A stretch of DNA of 64,000 nt from an uncultured bacterium (GTDB lineage Bacteria > Acidobacteriota > DATKUA01). Position 1 is the first letter of the stretch. The number at the start of each line of letters is the position of its first letter. The DNA is taken from NCBI GenBank assembly GCA_965602675.1, contig CBFCZO010000004.1, positions 6,512 to 70,511 of the forward strand, given 5' to 3'. Shown here piece by piece: positions 31,413-41,213 of this stretch. Position numbers and translations under genes: made by a program. Below the pieces are notes generated by a model. That model was given only the letters and a program-made list of their open reading frames with translations. It was not told the DNA's origin and did not search any database.

Positions 31413-32237
31413 CTAACCCATAGTAAAGCTGCGCACAAGCGAGCCGATCACCAGGTACCAGCCGTCAACCAGCACAAAGACCAGCAGCTTGAACGGCATC
31501 GATATCAGGATCGGCGGCAGCATGATCATACCCATCGACAGCAGCACCGAGGCGACAACCATATCGATCACCAGAAAGGGCAGGAAGATCAGGAAGCCGA
31601 TCTCGAACGCCGTCTTGACTTCGCTGAGCATGAAGGAGGGCACCACTACATACGTCGGCACCTCCTCGAATGTCGTGGCCTGCACCCCGCTGATTTCCAT
31701 GAACAGGTTAAGATCCTTCTCGCGGATGAATTTCATCATAAAGTTGCGTATATGGCTCTCCGCTGCCTGAACAGCCTCGAAGGCGCCGATCCCGCTTTCG
31801 TTGTAAGGCACAATCGCATCATTCCAGATGTCCTGACCCACCGGCCACATGATCATCATCGTCAGAAACAGCGCCATGCCGATCAGCACCTGGTTCGGCG
31901 GCACGGTCTGCGTGCCCATCGCCTGGCGCAGGAAGTGAAAGACGATGACGATGCGGGTGAAGCTGGTGAGCATTATCAGAATCGACGGCAGCACCGACAG
32001 CACGGTCAGCAGCATCAGGAGCTGCAGCGGCAGGCTGATATCGGTGGCTTCGGTGCCCTCGCCCAGCGTGATGTTGATGTCGGGAATCCCCTGTTGTTCC
32101 TGGGGCGGCGCTCCGCCGGCGAGTGCGCCCGGCAGGCAGAGAACGAGGTAGGCGGCCAGCAGAGCGAGGAAGACTATGCTGCGGCGGCCAAGTCGCCTGA
32201 TGATCAGGTTGCCGTCGGCCTGCAGAAGCGGCTTCAA
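31413..32237 (-). CDS. fliP: Flagellar export apparatus protein FliP.
   Basis: Signal peptide plus conserved FliP core (LLTVLSVLPSILIMLTSFTRIVIVFHFLRQAMGTQ). Confidence 0.92.
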   Translation of the reverse strand: MKPLLQADGNLIIRRLGRRSIVFLALLAAYLVLCLPGALAGGAPPQEQQGIPDINITLGEGTEATDISLPLQLLMLLTVLSVLPSILIMLTSFTRIVIVFHFLRQAMGTQTVPPNQVLIGMALFLTMMIMWPVGQDIWNDAIVPYNESGIGAFEAVQAAESHIRNFMMKFIREKDLNLFMEISGVQATTFEEVPTYVVVPSFMLSEVKTAFEIGFLIFLPFLVIDMVVASVLLSMGMIMLPPILISMPFKLLVFVLVDGWYLVIGSLVRSFTMG

Positions 32238-32250
32238 TTGTTCCTCCCGC

Positions 32251-32736
32251 TCAAGACTGCTGACCTTCCTTATCGCCCGGCTTTTCGCCCCTAAACCGTT
32301 GGAGCAACCGGGCGAATCCGCCCTCCGTAGTGATTCCGCTCTTCTCGATATACGGCTTTATCTCGTCGGCATCAAGAGTGGAAAGCAGGGAAATCTCTCC
32401 CGAGCTGATACCGATCAGGTAATAGCGCTCCCCAACCCTTATCACAGAAATGAACCGGCGGTCGCCGAGCGGCACCGACGCCACCACCTGCAGCAGCCCC
32501 GAGCTCCCGAAAGAAAATCTTCTGCCGATTGTCAACTTCAGCAACCAGGTGATTAGTAGAATGAGGGCGATGACTATTGCCAGAGCCACAACCAGGTTGA
32601 TTACGTAAGGCCAGATATCGAAATCATTGGTTGCCAAAGGCTTGGCCGCCTGGCCGTCCTGGCCATCTGTCTGCTGACCGGCGTGAGCGAGAGCATTTAT
32701 CACGGCTATCAGGAAGGCCGGTCGGCAGCAGCTCAC
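32251..32736 (-). CDS. fliO: Flagellar export protein FliO (FliZ-like), single TM.
   Basis: Small bitopic protein between fliN and fliP with TM INLVVALAIVIALILLITWLL. The true start is probably internal to the 161-aa ORF. Confidence 0.6.
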   Translation of the reverse strand: MSCCRPAFLIAVINALAHAGQQTDGQDGQAAKPLATNDFDIWPYVINLVVALAIVIALILLITWLLKLTIGRRFSFGSSGLLQVVASVPLGDRRFISVIRVGERYYLIGISSGEISLLSTLDADEIKPYIEKSGITTEGGFARLLQRFRGEKPGDKEGQQS

Positions 32737-33029
32737 CTCTCCCTCCTCCCGGGCTCCACGATATCCGTTATGCGGATGGCGAAACGGTCGTCTATCACCG
32801 TGACATCTCCGCGCGCGACAAGCTTCCCGTTGGCGAGCACATCGAAGCTCTCGCCCGCGCTCTTGGATAACTCAATAATCGCCCCGCGGTCGAGCCGCAG
32901 CAGATCGTTGATCGTCATCGTCGTCTTGCCGATGAGGATCGTGACCTCGTAGGGGATGTCGGCAAAGTCCTGCAGCTCGCCCAGGTGAAACTGCTTCTTC
33001 GGAGTCTCGCTTTCCGATTCCGTCGCCAT
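32733..33029 (-). CDS. fliN: Flagellar motor switch protein FliN (short form).
   Basis: 98 aa. EVTILIGKTTMTINDLLRLDRGAIIELSKSAGESFDVLANGKLVARGDVTVIDDRFAIRITDIV is a SpoA/FliN domain. Confidence 0.85.
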   Translation of the reverse strand: MATESESETPKKQFHLGELQDFADIPYEVTILIGKTTMTINDLLRLDRGAIIELSKSAGESFDVLANGKLVARGDVTVIDDRFAIRITDIVEPGRRER

Positions 33030-33032
33030 TCA

Positions 33033-33608
33033 CTACCTCGACTGCACTACGAATTCCCTGAAATTAACCCGCGTCACATAGTATGCTTCCGGGAACTGGG
33101 TGTTGATCATCGTCTGGAGGTCATCCTTCAACTTGCCCCAGGCGAGGGTCTCGATCTCCTCGGGAAACTTGCTGGCCATGAAGGTGATTATCGTGTCGCT
33201 GATGCGGGACATCACCGCCTGATTGGCTTCCATCTCCGTCTTGATCTCCTCGCTTGCCACCTCCAGAGTCAGGCTCATTTTCAGATACACATCGCCATGC
33301 ATCAGCCCCGGCGGCTTGCGCAGGCGGATCAGGAACGGATCGGAGAACTCGAGAACACCGGGCGGATTCTCCGGATCGTAGATATCCCCCAAGGATTCGC
33401 TGACCTCTTCTACCGGGGTGGCCTCTTCCCCTACGTCCTCCACAGGCGGCGTCAGGATCATCTGCGCGACTAGCCAACCCGCCACCACGGCCACGCCGAC
33501 CACTACAAGCACTATGATTATCTTTATGAGGCCGCCGCCTTTCTTCTCCGCGGACGCATGCTCCGCATCAGTTTCAGCTGCCTGAGCGTTTTCCGCATCA
33601 TCAACCAT
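33033..33608 (-). CDS. fliL: Flagellar basal-body-associated protein FliL.
   Basis: Single N-terminal TM, then the FliL domain (LIRLRKPPGLMHGDVYLKMSLTLEVASEE...VTRVNFREFVVQ). Confidence 0.8.
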   Translation of the reverse strand: MVDDAENAQAAETDAEHASAEKKGGGLIKIIIVLVVVGVAVVAGWLVAQMILTPPVEDVGEEATPVEEVSESLGDIYDPENPPGVLEFSDPFLIRLRKPPGLMHGDVYLKMSLTLEVASEEIKTEMEANQAVMSRISDTIITFMASKFPEEIETLAWGKLKDDLQTMINTQFPEAYYVTRVNFREFVVQSR

Positions 33609-33617
33609 CGCTAAGCC

Positions 33618-34379
33618 TCATTGTATAACATTTGAAAAGATCGACGCATCCGGCGGCTCCAAGAATACTCGCACGCGCCTGTTCGCTGCCTGGTTTTCCG
33701 GCGTGTCGTTCGGAACCTTGGGCCGGGTCGAACCGTAACCGGCTACCATAAACCTCTCCGGCGGAAGCCAGGCACCCCGCTCTTCCGTTTCCGACAAAAG
33801 GAAATCAAGCACGGCCACTGCTCGCCGTGCGCTGAGTATATAGGCATCGCGCGGCGGAAGCGAGTTATCGGTGTGACCTTCGATAATCACGCGCCTGTCA
33901 GACACCTCCAGCACTCTCGCCAGGAAATTCCTCAACAGCTCGAGGAACTCACCGGACTCGGCAGTCAACTCGGCGCTCCCCTCCCGGAAGAGTACCTTCT
34001 CGGCCAGAACTATCGAGATCGCGCCATCGGGGGAGTCCTCGACGTAAAACTCGACCGCGTCGGCCACGCTGCCCGAACCCAGGCCTTCCTCAACGCTGCT
34101 CGATAAGTCGACCAGTGCCGCTCGCGTAGGGTTCTTCGCGACCTCGGGAAGGGGATCGAAAACGAAATCGCTGGAGTGAACCATGTCACCTTCCATCATC
34201 AGGCCGAGTTCATCGCCCGAGAACGAGCGGAAGAACTCCTGGAAGCGCTCGCTGGAGATGCTCGACATCGAGAATAGCAGCACGAAGAAGGTGAGCAGCA
34301 GCGTGCACATGTCGGAGAAGGTCACCATCCAGTTGCCTGACGGTGCTCCTTCTTCCTTAATTATGACTCTACGCGCCAC
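33618..34379 (-). CDS. MotB-type stator subunit, second copy (MotB'), with OmpA-like peptidoglycan-binding domain.
   Basis: N-terminal plug/TM WMVTFSDMCTLLLTFFVLLFSM and C-terminal OmpA-like IIEGHTDNSLPP...LSARRAVAVLDFL. Confidence 0.8.
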   Translation of the reverse strand: MARRVIIKEEGAPSGNWMVTFSDMCTLLLTFFVLLFSMSSISSERFQEFFRSFSGDELGLMMEGDMVHSSDFVFDPLPEVAKNPTRAALVDLSSSVEEGLGSGSVADAVEFYVEDSPDGAISIVLAEKVLFREGSAELTAESGEFLELLRNFLARVLEVSDRRVIIEGHTDNSLPPRDAYILSARRAVAVLDFLLSETEERGAWLPPERFMVAGYGSTRPKVPNDTPENQAANRRVRVFLEPPDASIFSNVIQ

Positions 34380-34382
34380 CCC

Positions 34383-35159
34383 TCACCTCATCTCGCCCGA
34401 GCGGTCGAGCCGCGGGTGCTTAATTATCACTTCCACGCGCCGGTTGAGCGTCATGTTTTCGGGTGTGTCGTTTGCGACCAAAGGACGGTACTCCCCGGCG
34501 CCGCTGGCAGACAGTCTGCCCATGCTGACTCCTCGAGAATTCAGATATCTGAGCACGCTCATCGCGCGCGCCTGCGAGAGCTCCCAGTTGTTGAGCCACG
34601 TTCCCCCGGCCGGGAGCTGGCTGGTGTCGCTGTGACCCTCGATTGCAAGCTCGTTGCGAAAGGGCCCGACTATCGCCACCAGGCGGTCGAGAAAACGTTG
34701 GCCCTGAGGCGTGAGCTGGTCATCTCCGGAAGCAAAAGAAAGCTCTTCACCCAGGGTCACGACCAATCCGCGAGGCGTAACAACGATCCCGATGTTACCC
34801 TCCAGCCCCACCTGGCGCGCATAGCGCTGAAGGGCGAGAAACTCCTCGTAATGTGACGTTACGACCTCGTACAGTAGCTCGTCACCCGGCTTGGACGCCT
34901 CTGCGGTCAGGTCCTGACCCGTGCTTCCCGACTCGAAGACGCTGAACATTCTCGCAGCCTTCTCGAAGATGCCCACGAACTCCAGCTGCACCGAGGTAAG
35001 CGCCATTTTAACCCGCTCCACGTCGAAGCTCGAATAGGCAGTCAGCAGGATGAAGAAAGCCAGGATAATGATTGAGAGGCTGGTGAAAAGAGAGACATGA
35101 ACGGGCAGCTTCGGGCGCTGCTTGATGATAATCGGCTTCGATTCGTTGTTTCCAACCAT
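34383..35159 (-). CDS. motB: MotB stator subunit (OmpA-like C-terminal domain).
   Basis: TM LFTSLSIIILAFFILLTAY and OmpA_C motif LAIEGHSDT...NWELSQARAMSVLRYL. Immediately follows motA. Confidence 0.8.
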   Translation of the reverse strand: MVGNNESKPIIIKQRPKLPVHVSLFTSLSIIILAFFILLTAYSSFDVERVKMALTSVQLEFVGIFEKAARMFSVFESGSTGQDLTAEASKPGDELLYEVVTSHYEEFLALQRYARQVGLEGNIGIVVTPRGLVVTLGEELSFASGDDQLTPQGQRFLDRLVAIVGPFRNELAIEGHSDTSQLPAGGTWLNNWELSQARAMSVLRYLNSRGVSMGRLSASGAGEYRPLVANDTPENMTLNRRVEVIIKHPRLDRSGEMR

Positions 35160-35165
35160 GGCTCG

Positions 35166-35927
35166 TTAGAACTGCGACGCTCTCTCCCCAGGCGGTAGGA
35201 AGGTGTTAAGTTTCTGCTCCACAATGCGCGGTACGTCCCCGCTCTGGATCGAGAGGACACCCGCCATCGTCATCTCCTTGAAGAGCAACTCCTCGCTGGA
35301 TCGCTTCTTAAGCTTCTCGGCCAGCGGCAGGAACACGAGGTTGGCAAGCAGCGCGCCATAAAAAGTTGTCACCAGCGCGATAGACATTTTAGGGCCGATG
35401 GAGGAGGGATCGTCGAGGCTCTGCAGCATGAAGATCAGGCCGATAAGCGTGCCGATCATACCGAACGCGGGGGAGAAGTTCCCCATCGCCTCCAGAATGC
35501 CCGAGCCGATGCGATGCCGCTCGCCCACCTTCTCCAGCTCCGTCTCCATAATCTGACGCGTCAGCTCCGGCTCCGTGCCGTCGACAACCAGCTGGATCCC
35601 CTGATGCATGAACGGATCCGAGGCCTCGCCTGCAACGTTCTCCAGGGCCAGCACTCCGTCGCGGCGCGCCACCCTGGCGAACTCGACCATCCGCGGAACC
35701 AGCTCCTTTAACGTCTCAGCCTTGTGGAAGAATGCCTTGCTCAAGGCTGATATCAACTTCTGGACATCAGCCACGGGAAATGCAACCAGGGTGGCGCCGA
35801 AGGTTCCGCCCATGACGATCATCATTGATATCGGATCGATGAAAAAACCGAGACCATTGCCGAGTATGATTGAACCGAGCACCAGACCGAAGCCGACCAG
35901 AAAGCCGAGGATGGTTGAAATATCCAT
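35166..35927 (-). CDS. motA: MotA/PomA stator proton-channel subunit.
   Basis: 253 aa, 4 TM, MotA_ExbB motifs (GMIGTLIGLIFML, ALVTTFYGALLANLVFLPLAEKL). Confidence 0.9.
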   Translation of the reverse strand: MDISTILGFLVGFGLVLGSIILGNGLGFFIDPISMMIVMGGTFGATLVAFPVADVQKLISALSKAFFHKAETLKELVPRMVEFARVARRDGVLALENVAGEASDPFMHQGIQLVVDGTEPELTRQIMETELEKVGERHRIGSGILEAMGNFSPAFGMIGTLIGLIFMLQSLDDPSSIGPKMSIALVTTFYGALLANLVFLPLAEKLKKRSSEELLFKEMTMAGVLSIQSGDVPRIVEQKLNTFLPPGERASQF

Positions 35928-36139
35928 CAGGACCCCTCTGTCTACCGCTGCAAATCGATTGATTTATGAACGAGATAAAACCAAGCGGCACAGCGTTTTA
36001 ACGCAGAAAATAATAACATAAACGGCTTTTTTTGTAAAGCTTTACAAGGAATCAGGCGGCATCGCCCACGGGCGCTTCCGCCGAGCCGACCAGGCCCATG
36101 CACCGATCTTCGCCAACGCGCCGAATAATCAAGCAGTCA

Positions 36140-36971
36140 CTATTCGATCAGCAGCCTGCCTTTTTCCAACACCCTCACGCCGCCGACTTCGAGTGTCGGT
36201 TCCCTCACGATGCCGTTGAGATGCAGGGGCACATCAACCACACCCCCGAGAGCGCTGTTCTTGCCGATCGCGATATGCACGGTCCCCAGGACCTTCTCGT
36301 CCTCCAGGATGTTCCCGACCAGTTTCGCCCGCTCGTTGGTCCCGATTCCCAGTTCGGCGATGTTGCGCGCCTCCTTCCCGAAGGGGGTGATCGAAGCCTC
36401 CAGCTGGAGTGCAGCCTCCCCGCCGCGGATCCCCACAGCGTAACCTTCCCGCACTTCCAGCTCGATTACCTCGTCCACCAGCACCCTTGAGTCGCCCATC
36501 GCACCGTCGACCACCAGCACCCTCTCGGCCGTCCCCTCCAGAGGTGCTATATAAACCTCACCAGCCGGCAGATTGCCGAAATCGCCGCTGTTGCGAAGAA
36601 TGCCCGTGTCGGGCTTTCCGGCGCGCCCCCCAAGGCCGAAGCTCAGGTCAGTGCCTCCGGGTGGCGGTAAGGTGGGCTACGTCAGCCTCAGTGAGCAGAT
36701 CGGCTATCTGGCGGCTCAGCTCATCGATCTTACGGTAGTCGGCGCTCATCGCGCGCAGCATTGTGTCCTCGGTAATCCCCGGCAGCGTGGCGATCCGCGC
36801 GCCCCGTTCCCTAGCTGCCATCCTGGCGGTCGTGTGGCTCAGGCTGCGGAACGTGGGGCAGAGTATCACCTCGGCTGCATACATCGCCGCCGCAACCAAC
36901 GCCGGAGGCTCCTCCCCGTCGATCTGCCGTGGAATTGTCTCGAGCAACATCGCCTCGGCTCCGGCCCGCAA
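36140..36971 (-). pseudogene. M29 (AmpS/PepS)-like aminopeptidase gene split into two reading frames, a frameshift candidate. The N-terminal fragment is 36648-36971 and the C-terminal fragment is 36140-36520.
   Basis: The C-terminal ORF has IAELGIGTNERAKLVGNILEDEKVLGTVHIAIGKN...VPLHLNGIV, reminiscent of peptidase M29. The upstream ORF lies in a different frame (end coordinates 36971 vs 36520 differ mod 3). A C6-7 homopolymer sits at about 36625-36633 between them. Confidence 0.35.
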
Positions 36972-37052
36972 CTCCGGCCGGAACAGACAAGTCGGTCATG
37001 GAAGTTCTCCCTGCAGACATCCCGCGGGCACTCCCAGCCGCGTCCGATTCGC

Positions 37053-37832
37053 TCAGGCGATTTCCTTTGCGCGTCCCCGGCGGCTGAGATATACGTAAAT
37101 GACTATACCAACAATCAGCGTGAATACCGAGATGAGCTGCTGGCCCGAAAGGCCGAGGAAAACCGGCCCGTGATCGCCACGGAACCATTCCACGATGCCT
37201 CCGCGGACCACCGAGTAGAGAATCACGTAAGCCCAGAAGACCTGCCCGTCGAATTTCCTGAACCGCCACAACAGCACAAGCAGGGCAAACACAACTACCA
37301 TCAGCAGCATTTCGTAGAGCTGGACGGGATGGCGGAAAACTCCGGACGGCGCGATCGCATCGGGAGGAAAATTAACCGCCCAGGGAAGCTCCGCCTGATC
37401 AACCGGCTTGCCGTAGCAGCAACCCGCGCAGAAACAGCCTATGCGGCCGATTGCCTGGCCGATAGCGATGCTCGGTGCCGCCACGTCCGCTACGAGCCAA
37501 ACCGGCTGCTTCTTCCAATAGAGGTAGGCCACCGAGAGGATCACGGCCACAATCAGCCCGCCCTGGAAAACCCCGCCGGCGCGCAGAACGTCGCCGAGAC
37601 GGCCGGGATTCTCGATGTATTCCGGCAGATGCCCCAGCACATAGAACAGCTTGGCGCCGACAACGGAGCCGATCAGCACCACAATGCCGGTGTCGATCAT
37701 TATCATTGGAGGCAGTCCCACCTTCTTGGCCCTGAAATAGGCGAGCAATATCCCGATGAAAAAGGCCAGGGCAAGCATCAACCCATAGGTATAGACTGTG
37801 AATCCCCCAATCGTGAATAGCTCACGAAACAT
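37053..37832 (-). CDS. lgt: Prolipoprotein diacylglyceryl transferase.
   Basis: MFRELFTIGGFTVYTYGLMLALAFFIG, G-rich signature region (GRIGCFCAGCCYGKP), 7 TM. Confidence 0.9.
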   Translation of the reverse strand: MFRELFTIGGFTVYTYGLMLALAFFIGILLAYFRAKKVGLPPMIMIDTGIVVLIGSVVGAKLFYVLGHLPEYIENPGRLGDVLRAGGVFQGGLIVAVILSVAYLYWKKQPVWLVADVAAPSIAIGQAIGRIGCFCAGCCYGKPVDQAELPWAVNFPPDAIAPSGVFRHPVQLYEMLLMVVVFALLVLLWRFRKFDGQVFWAYVILYSVVRGGIVEWFRGDHGPVFLGLSGQQLISVFTLIVGIVIYVYLSRRGRAKEIA

Positions 37833-38475
37833 CAGAACCCTCCCGATCTTCTGCTATCTCCTTGTTAGTTCCCATGGAAAGCACCGCTTCTTCCCCCGTT
37901 TCGCCCTCCCGTTCGCCCTCTTCCGACTGCTCGGCCTCTGGCTTGCGGTGCGGTCTGAACGTGTCGAGCAGCAGCAGGCATACCCCCAACACAATACAGG
38001 AATCGGCGACGTTGAACGCCGGAAAGCGGAACTGGTCCCAGTAAAACTCAAGGAAATCGGTAACCCACCCGATGTTCAATCGGTCGATATGGTTGCCGAT
38101 CGCTCCCGCAAGAATCATGTGCAGCCCGAGTTGCGAAAGCCACTCGTTCGGCGACAACCTCAACGAGTAGAAAATGACCAGCATCAGGGCTATCCCGCCA
38201 AGGGTGCTCAGCAGCAACTCCCGATTTCCGTCCTCCACGTCGGCGAACAAGCCGAAGGCGGCCCCCTTGTTCTGCACGTGATTAATCCGGAAAAAGCCCT
38301 CGATCACCTCGACACGGTCGTACTGATCGATGTTGTCACGCACGAGCGTCTTGGTCCACTGGTCCGCAACTATCAGCAGCACCGGCACCACCAGCCAGAT
38401 CAGCCTCTTGCGCCATGGGCTCATCACTCGACTCCGCTCTCCAGACCGTGCAGCACCCCGGCGCAGCGCTCGCAC
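37822..38475 (-). CDS. lspA: Lipoprotein signal peptidase II, with a C-terminal acidic/Gly-rich extension of about 50 aa.
   Basis: DQWTKTLV, FFRINHVQNKGAAFGLF and AIGNHIDRLNIGWVTDF motifs. Overlaps lgt and ileS ends, the classic ileS-lspA(-lgt) linkage. Confidence 0.88.
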   Translation of the reverse strand: MRALRRGAARSGERSRVMSPWRKRLIWLVVPVLLIVADQWTKTLVRDNIDQYDRVEVIEGFFRINHVQNKGAAFGLFADVEDGNRELLLSTLGGIALMLVIFYSLRLSPNEWLSQLGLHMILAGAIGNHIDRLNIGWVTDFLEFYWDQFRFPAFNVADSCIVLGVCLLLLDTFRPHRKPEAEQSEEGEREGETGEEAVLSMGTNKEIAEDREGSDVS

Positions 38476-41213
38476 ACCGTGGGGAATTCCTTGTCGTCAC
38501 CAACCGCGGGCGACCACGCCCAGCAGCGGTCGCATTTCTCGCCGGGGGCCTTCTCGATCCAGGCTGCCGGCTTGTCCCCCTCCTCAACGCTCACCTTGGA
38601 AACTATGAACAGCTGCGTCAGGAAATCGCCGTAGCGCTCGACAAGCCCTCGCATCTTCTCCGGAACCGTCAGCACCACGTGGGCTTCGAGGCTCTGGCCG
38701 ATTATCTTGGCGTCGCGCGCCTCCTCCAACGCCTTGAGAACAAGCTCCCGAAGGTCGCGAAGCTTCTCCCAGCGTTCGAGCAGATCGCCGTCTTCTGCAT
38801 CGATCGCCTCTGGGAAGGCGGCAACGTGCACGCTGGACTCCTTGCCCTCCCACGACGGCATGTGAGCCCAGATCTCGTCGGTGGTGAAACTGATGATCGG
38901 CGCCGCCAACCGTACGAGGCCGTCGAGAATCGTGAAGAATGCCGTCTGTGCGCTGCGGCGCTTGCGATCGTCAGGCAGCTCGCAGTAGAGATAGTCCTTC
39001 AATATGTCGAGGTAGAAGGCGCTGAGATCGACCGTCACGAATCCGTTGATCGCATGGTAGACGGTGTGGAACTCGTAATTTTCGTAAGCGCGCATGATCC
39101 GCTTGCGCAGCCGCTCGAACATCGCCACAGCGTAGCGATCTATTTCTTCCATCTGTTCCGCCGGCATCGCGTCGTGGTCCGCGTCGTAGTCGAACAAGTT
39201 GCCGAGCAGGAACCGGCAGGTGTTGCGGAACTTGCGGTAGGCCTCGGCGTTGCGCTTGAGGATCTCTTCGCTGACCCGCACGTCGTCGCGGTAGTCGGTC
39301 ATCGCCACCCACAGCCGCAACACCTCCGCCCCGTTCTTCGCCATGTAGTCATTCATGTCAATGATGTTGCCGAGGCTCTTGCTCATCGCCTTGCCCTCGG
39401 CGTCGAGCACGAAACCGTGGGTCAGCACCTGGCGGTAGGGCTTGCCGCCCTTCGCTGCCAGGCCGCAGAGCAGCGAGCTCTGGAACCAACCGCGATACTG
39501 GTCCTGGCCCTCGAGATAGAGATCGCACGGCCAGGGCAGGTCGTCGCGTTTGCCGAGCACGGCGGCGTGGCTGACGCCGCTGTCGAACCACACATCCAGC
39601 GTGTCGGTCTCTTTGCGCAACTCCGTGCCGCCGCACTTGGGACATTTGAAACCGTCCGGGAGAAATTCCTCCACCGCAAGCTCGTACCAGCATGCGGCGC
39701 CGCCGTCTTCGAACTTGTCGGCAGCTCGCTCAACCAGCTCGGCATCGAGGATCGCCTCACCGCAATCCTCGCAATGGAAAGCGATGATCGGCACGCCCCA
39801 GACGCGCTGGCGGCTGATGCACCAGTCGGGCCTGCCCACAAGCATGCGCTCCATCCGCTCCTCGCCCCAGGCGGGGATCCACTTCGTCTCCTTGATCGCC
39901 TCGATTGCGCGCTCCCGCAGCCGATTGTGGTCGACCCTGAAGAACCACTGCTCCGTGGCCCTGAAGATCACCGGAGACTTCGAGCGCCAGCCAAAGGGGT
40001 AGGTGTGCTCGAACTCCTCATCGTGCAGCAGGCAGCCATGCCCGCGCATGAACTCCACGATCAGCGGATTGGCATCGAATACGTTCACCCCGGCCCAGTG
40101 CTCCACGTCATCGGTGAAACAGCCGGCGTCGTCGAGCGGGCTGTAAACAGGGATGCCGTAGGCCACGCCCGTGAAATAGTCGTCCGCGCCGTGGCCGGGC
40201 GCCGTATGCACGCAGCCCGTGCCGGCCTCCAAAGTGACGTAATCGGCAAGCACGAACACGCTGTCGCGATCGATCCACGGGTGCCGTGCCTTGAGGCCCT
40301 CCATCTTACGCCCCTTGAAGCGGGCCAGTATCTTCTCGCTGCCGCCCTCGAAGCCGCAGGCGTTCTGCACGGCGAACATCAGACCCTCGGCGAAGATGTA
40401 AACCTTCTCCCCGTGCTCGTAGGCGACATAGGTGAAATCGGGATGGAAGGCGATCGCCATGTTCGCAGGCAGCGTCCAGGGAGTCGTGGTCCAGATGATC
40501 ACCTCGGCGTCTTTCCCAGCAAGCGAGGGATCGATCTCGGCCGGATCAACACCCAGCGGGAAGGCCACGTAGACGGAAGGCGACGTGTGGTCGTGATACT
40601 CGACCTCCGCCTCCGCCAACGCCGTCTTGGACACCGGATCCCAGTGGACTGGCTTGAGACCATTGTAAACATAACCGCCGCGCACGAAGGCCGCGAACTG
40701 GCGGGCTATCTCCGCTTCATAGCTGAACTTCATCGTGAAATACGGATCGTCCCATTCGCCCAGGATGCCCAGCCGGCGGAATTCCACGCGCTGAAAATCG
40801 ATGAACTTGCGCGCGTACTTGCGGCACTCCTCGATCACCTGCGCCGTGGTCATCTGTTTCTTTTTCTCGCCCAGAAGTTTGTCGACGCCGTGCTCGATCG
40901 GCAGGCCGTGGCAGTCCCAACCGGGAAGGTAGGGCGAGTTGAAGCCGGCCATCGTCTTGCTCTTGACCACTATGTCCTTGAGGATCTTGTTAAGCACGTG
41001 GCCGTGGTGGATGTGGCCGTTGGCGTAGGGTGGGCCGTCGTGCAGCACGAAAGAGGGGCTCTCGGCTCTTGCTTTGCGGATCTGACCGTATATGTCCTCT
41101 TCACCCCAGCGGGCAAGGATTTCCGGCTCCCGCTGAGCGAGATTGGCCTTCATCGGAAACGATGTGGCGGGCAGGTTCAATGTGTCTTTCATGTTCTTCA
41201 TCGGTCGTACCAT
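38424..41213 (-). CDS. ileS: Isoleucyl-tRNA synthetase (type with C-terminal zinc-binding domain).
   Basis: 929 aa. HIGH motif region (PPYANGHIHHGHVLNKILKD), KMSKS (KMSKSLGN) and C-terminal CxxC...CxxC. Confidence 0.97.
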   Translation of the reverse strand: MVRPMKNMKDTLNLPATSFPMKANLAQREPEILARWGEEDIYGQIRKARAESPSFVLHDGPPYANGHIHHGHVLNKILKDIVVKSKTMAGFNSPYLPGWDCHGLPIEHGVDKLLGEKKKQMTTAQVIEECRKYARKFIDFQRVEFRRLGILGEWDDPYFTMKFSYEAEIARQFAAFVRGGYVYNGLKPVHWDPVSKTALAEAEVEYHDHTSPSVYVAFPLGVDPAEIDPSLAGKDAEVIIWTTTPWTLPANMAIAFHPDFTYVAYEHGEKVYIFAEGLMFAVQNACGFEGGSEKILARFKGRKMEGLKARHPWIDRDSVFVLADYVTLEAGTGCVHTAPGHGADDYFTGVAYGIPVYSPLDDAGCFTDDVEHWAGVNVFDANPLIVEFMRGHGCLLHDEEFEHTYPFGWRSKSPVIFRATEQWFFRVDHNRLRERAIEAIKETKWIPAWGEERMERMLVGRPDWCISRQRVWGVPIIAFHCEDCGEAILDAELVERAADKFEDGGAACWYELAVEEFLPDGFKCPKCGGTELRKETDTLDVWFDSGVSHAAVLGKRDDLPWPCDLYLEGQDQYRGWFQSSLLCGLAAKGGKPYRQVLTHGFVLDAEGKAMSKSLGNIIDMNDYMAKNGAEVLRLWVAMTDYRDDVRVSEEILKRNAEAYRKFRNTCRFLLGNLFDYDADHDAMPAEQMEEIDRYAVAMFERLRKRIMRAYENYEFHTVYHAINGFVTVDLSAFYLDILKDYLYCELPDDRKRRSAQTAFFTILDGLVRLAAPIISFTTDEIWAHMPSWEGKESSVHVAAFPEAIDAEDGDLLERWEKLRDLRELVLKALEEARDAKIIGQSLEAHVVLTVPEKMRGLVERYGDFLTQLFIVSKVSVEEGDKPAAWIEKAPGEKCDRCWAWSPAVGDDKEFPTVCERCAGVLHGLESGVE

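Noticed and set aside
35928-36139. Possible sigma-54 or sigma-28 promoter upstream of motA (a GGCAC-containing and a TAAAG-containing segment).
   Set aside because: Neither element has the correct spacing or partner box (-12 TTGC; -10 GCCGATAA) on the correct strand. Too weak to call by eye.
36573-37820. 415-aa plus-strand ORF overlapping lgt and the M29-like region.
   Set aside because: Pro/Arg/Gly-rich antisense frame. lgt on the minus strand is clear.
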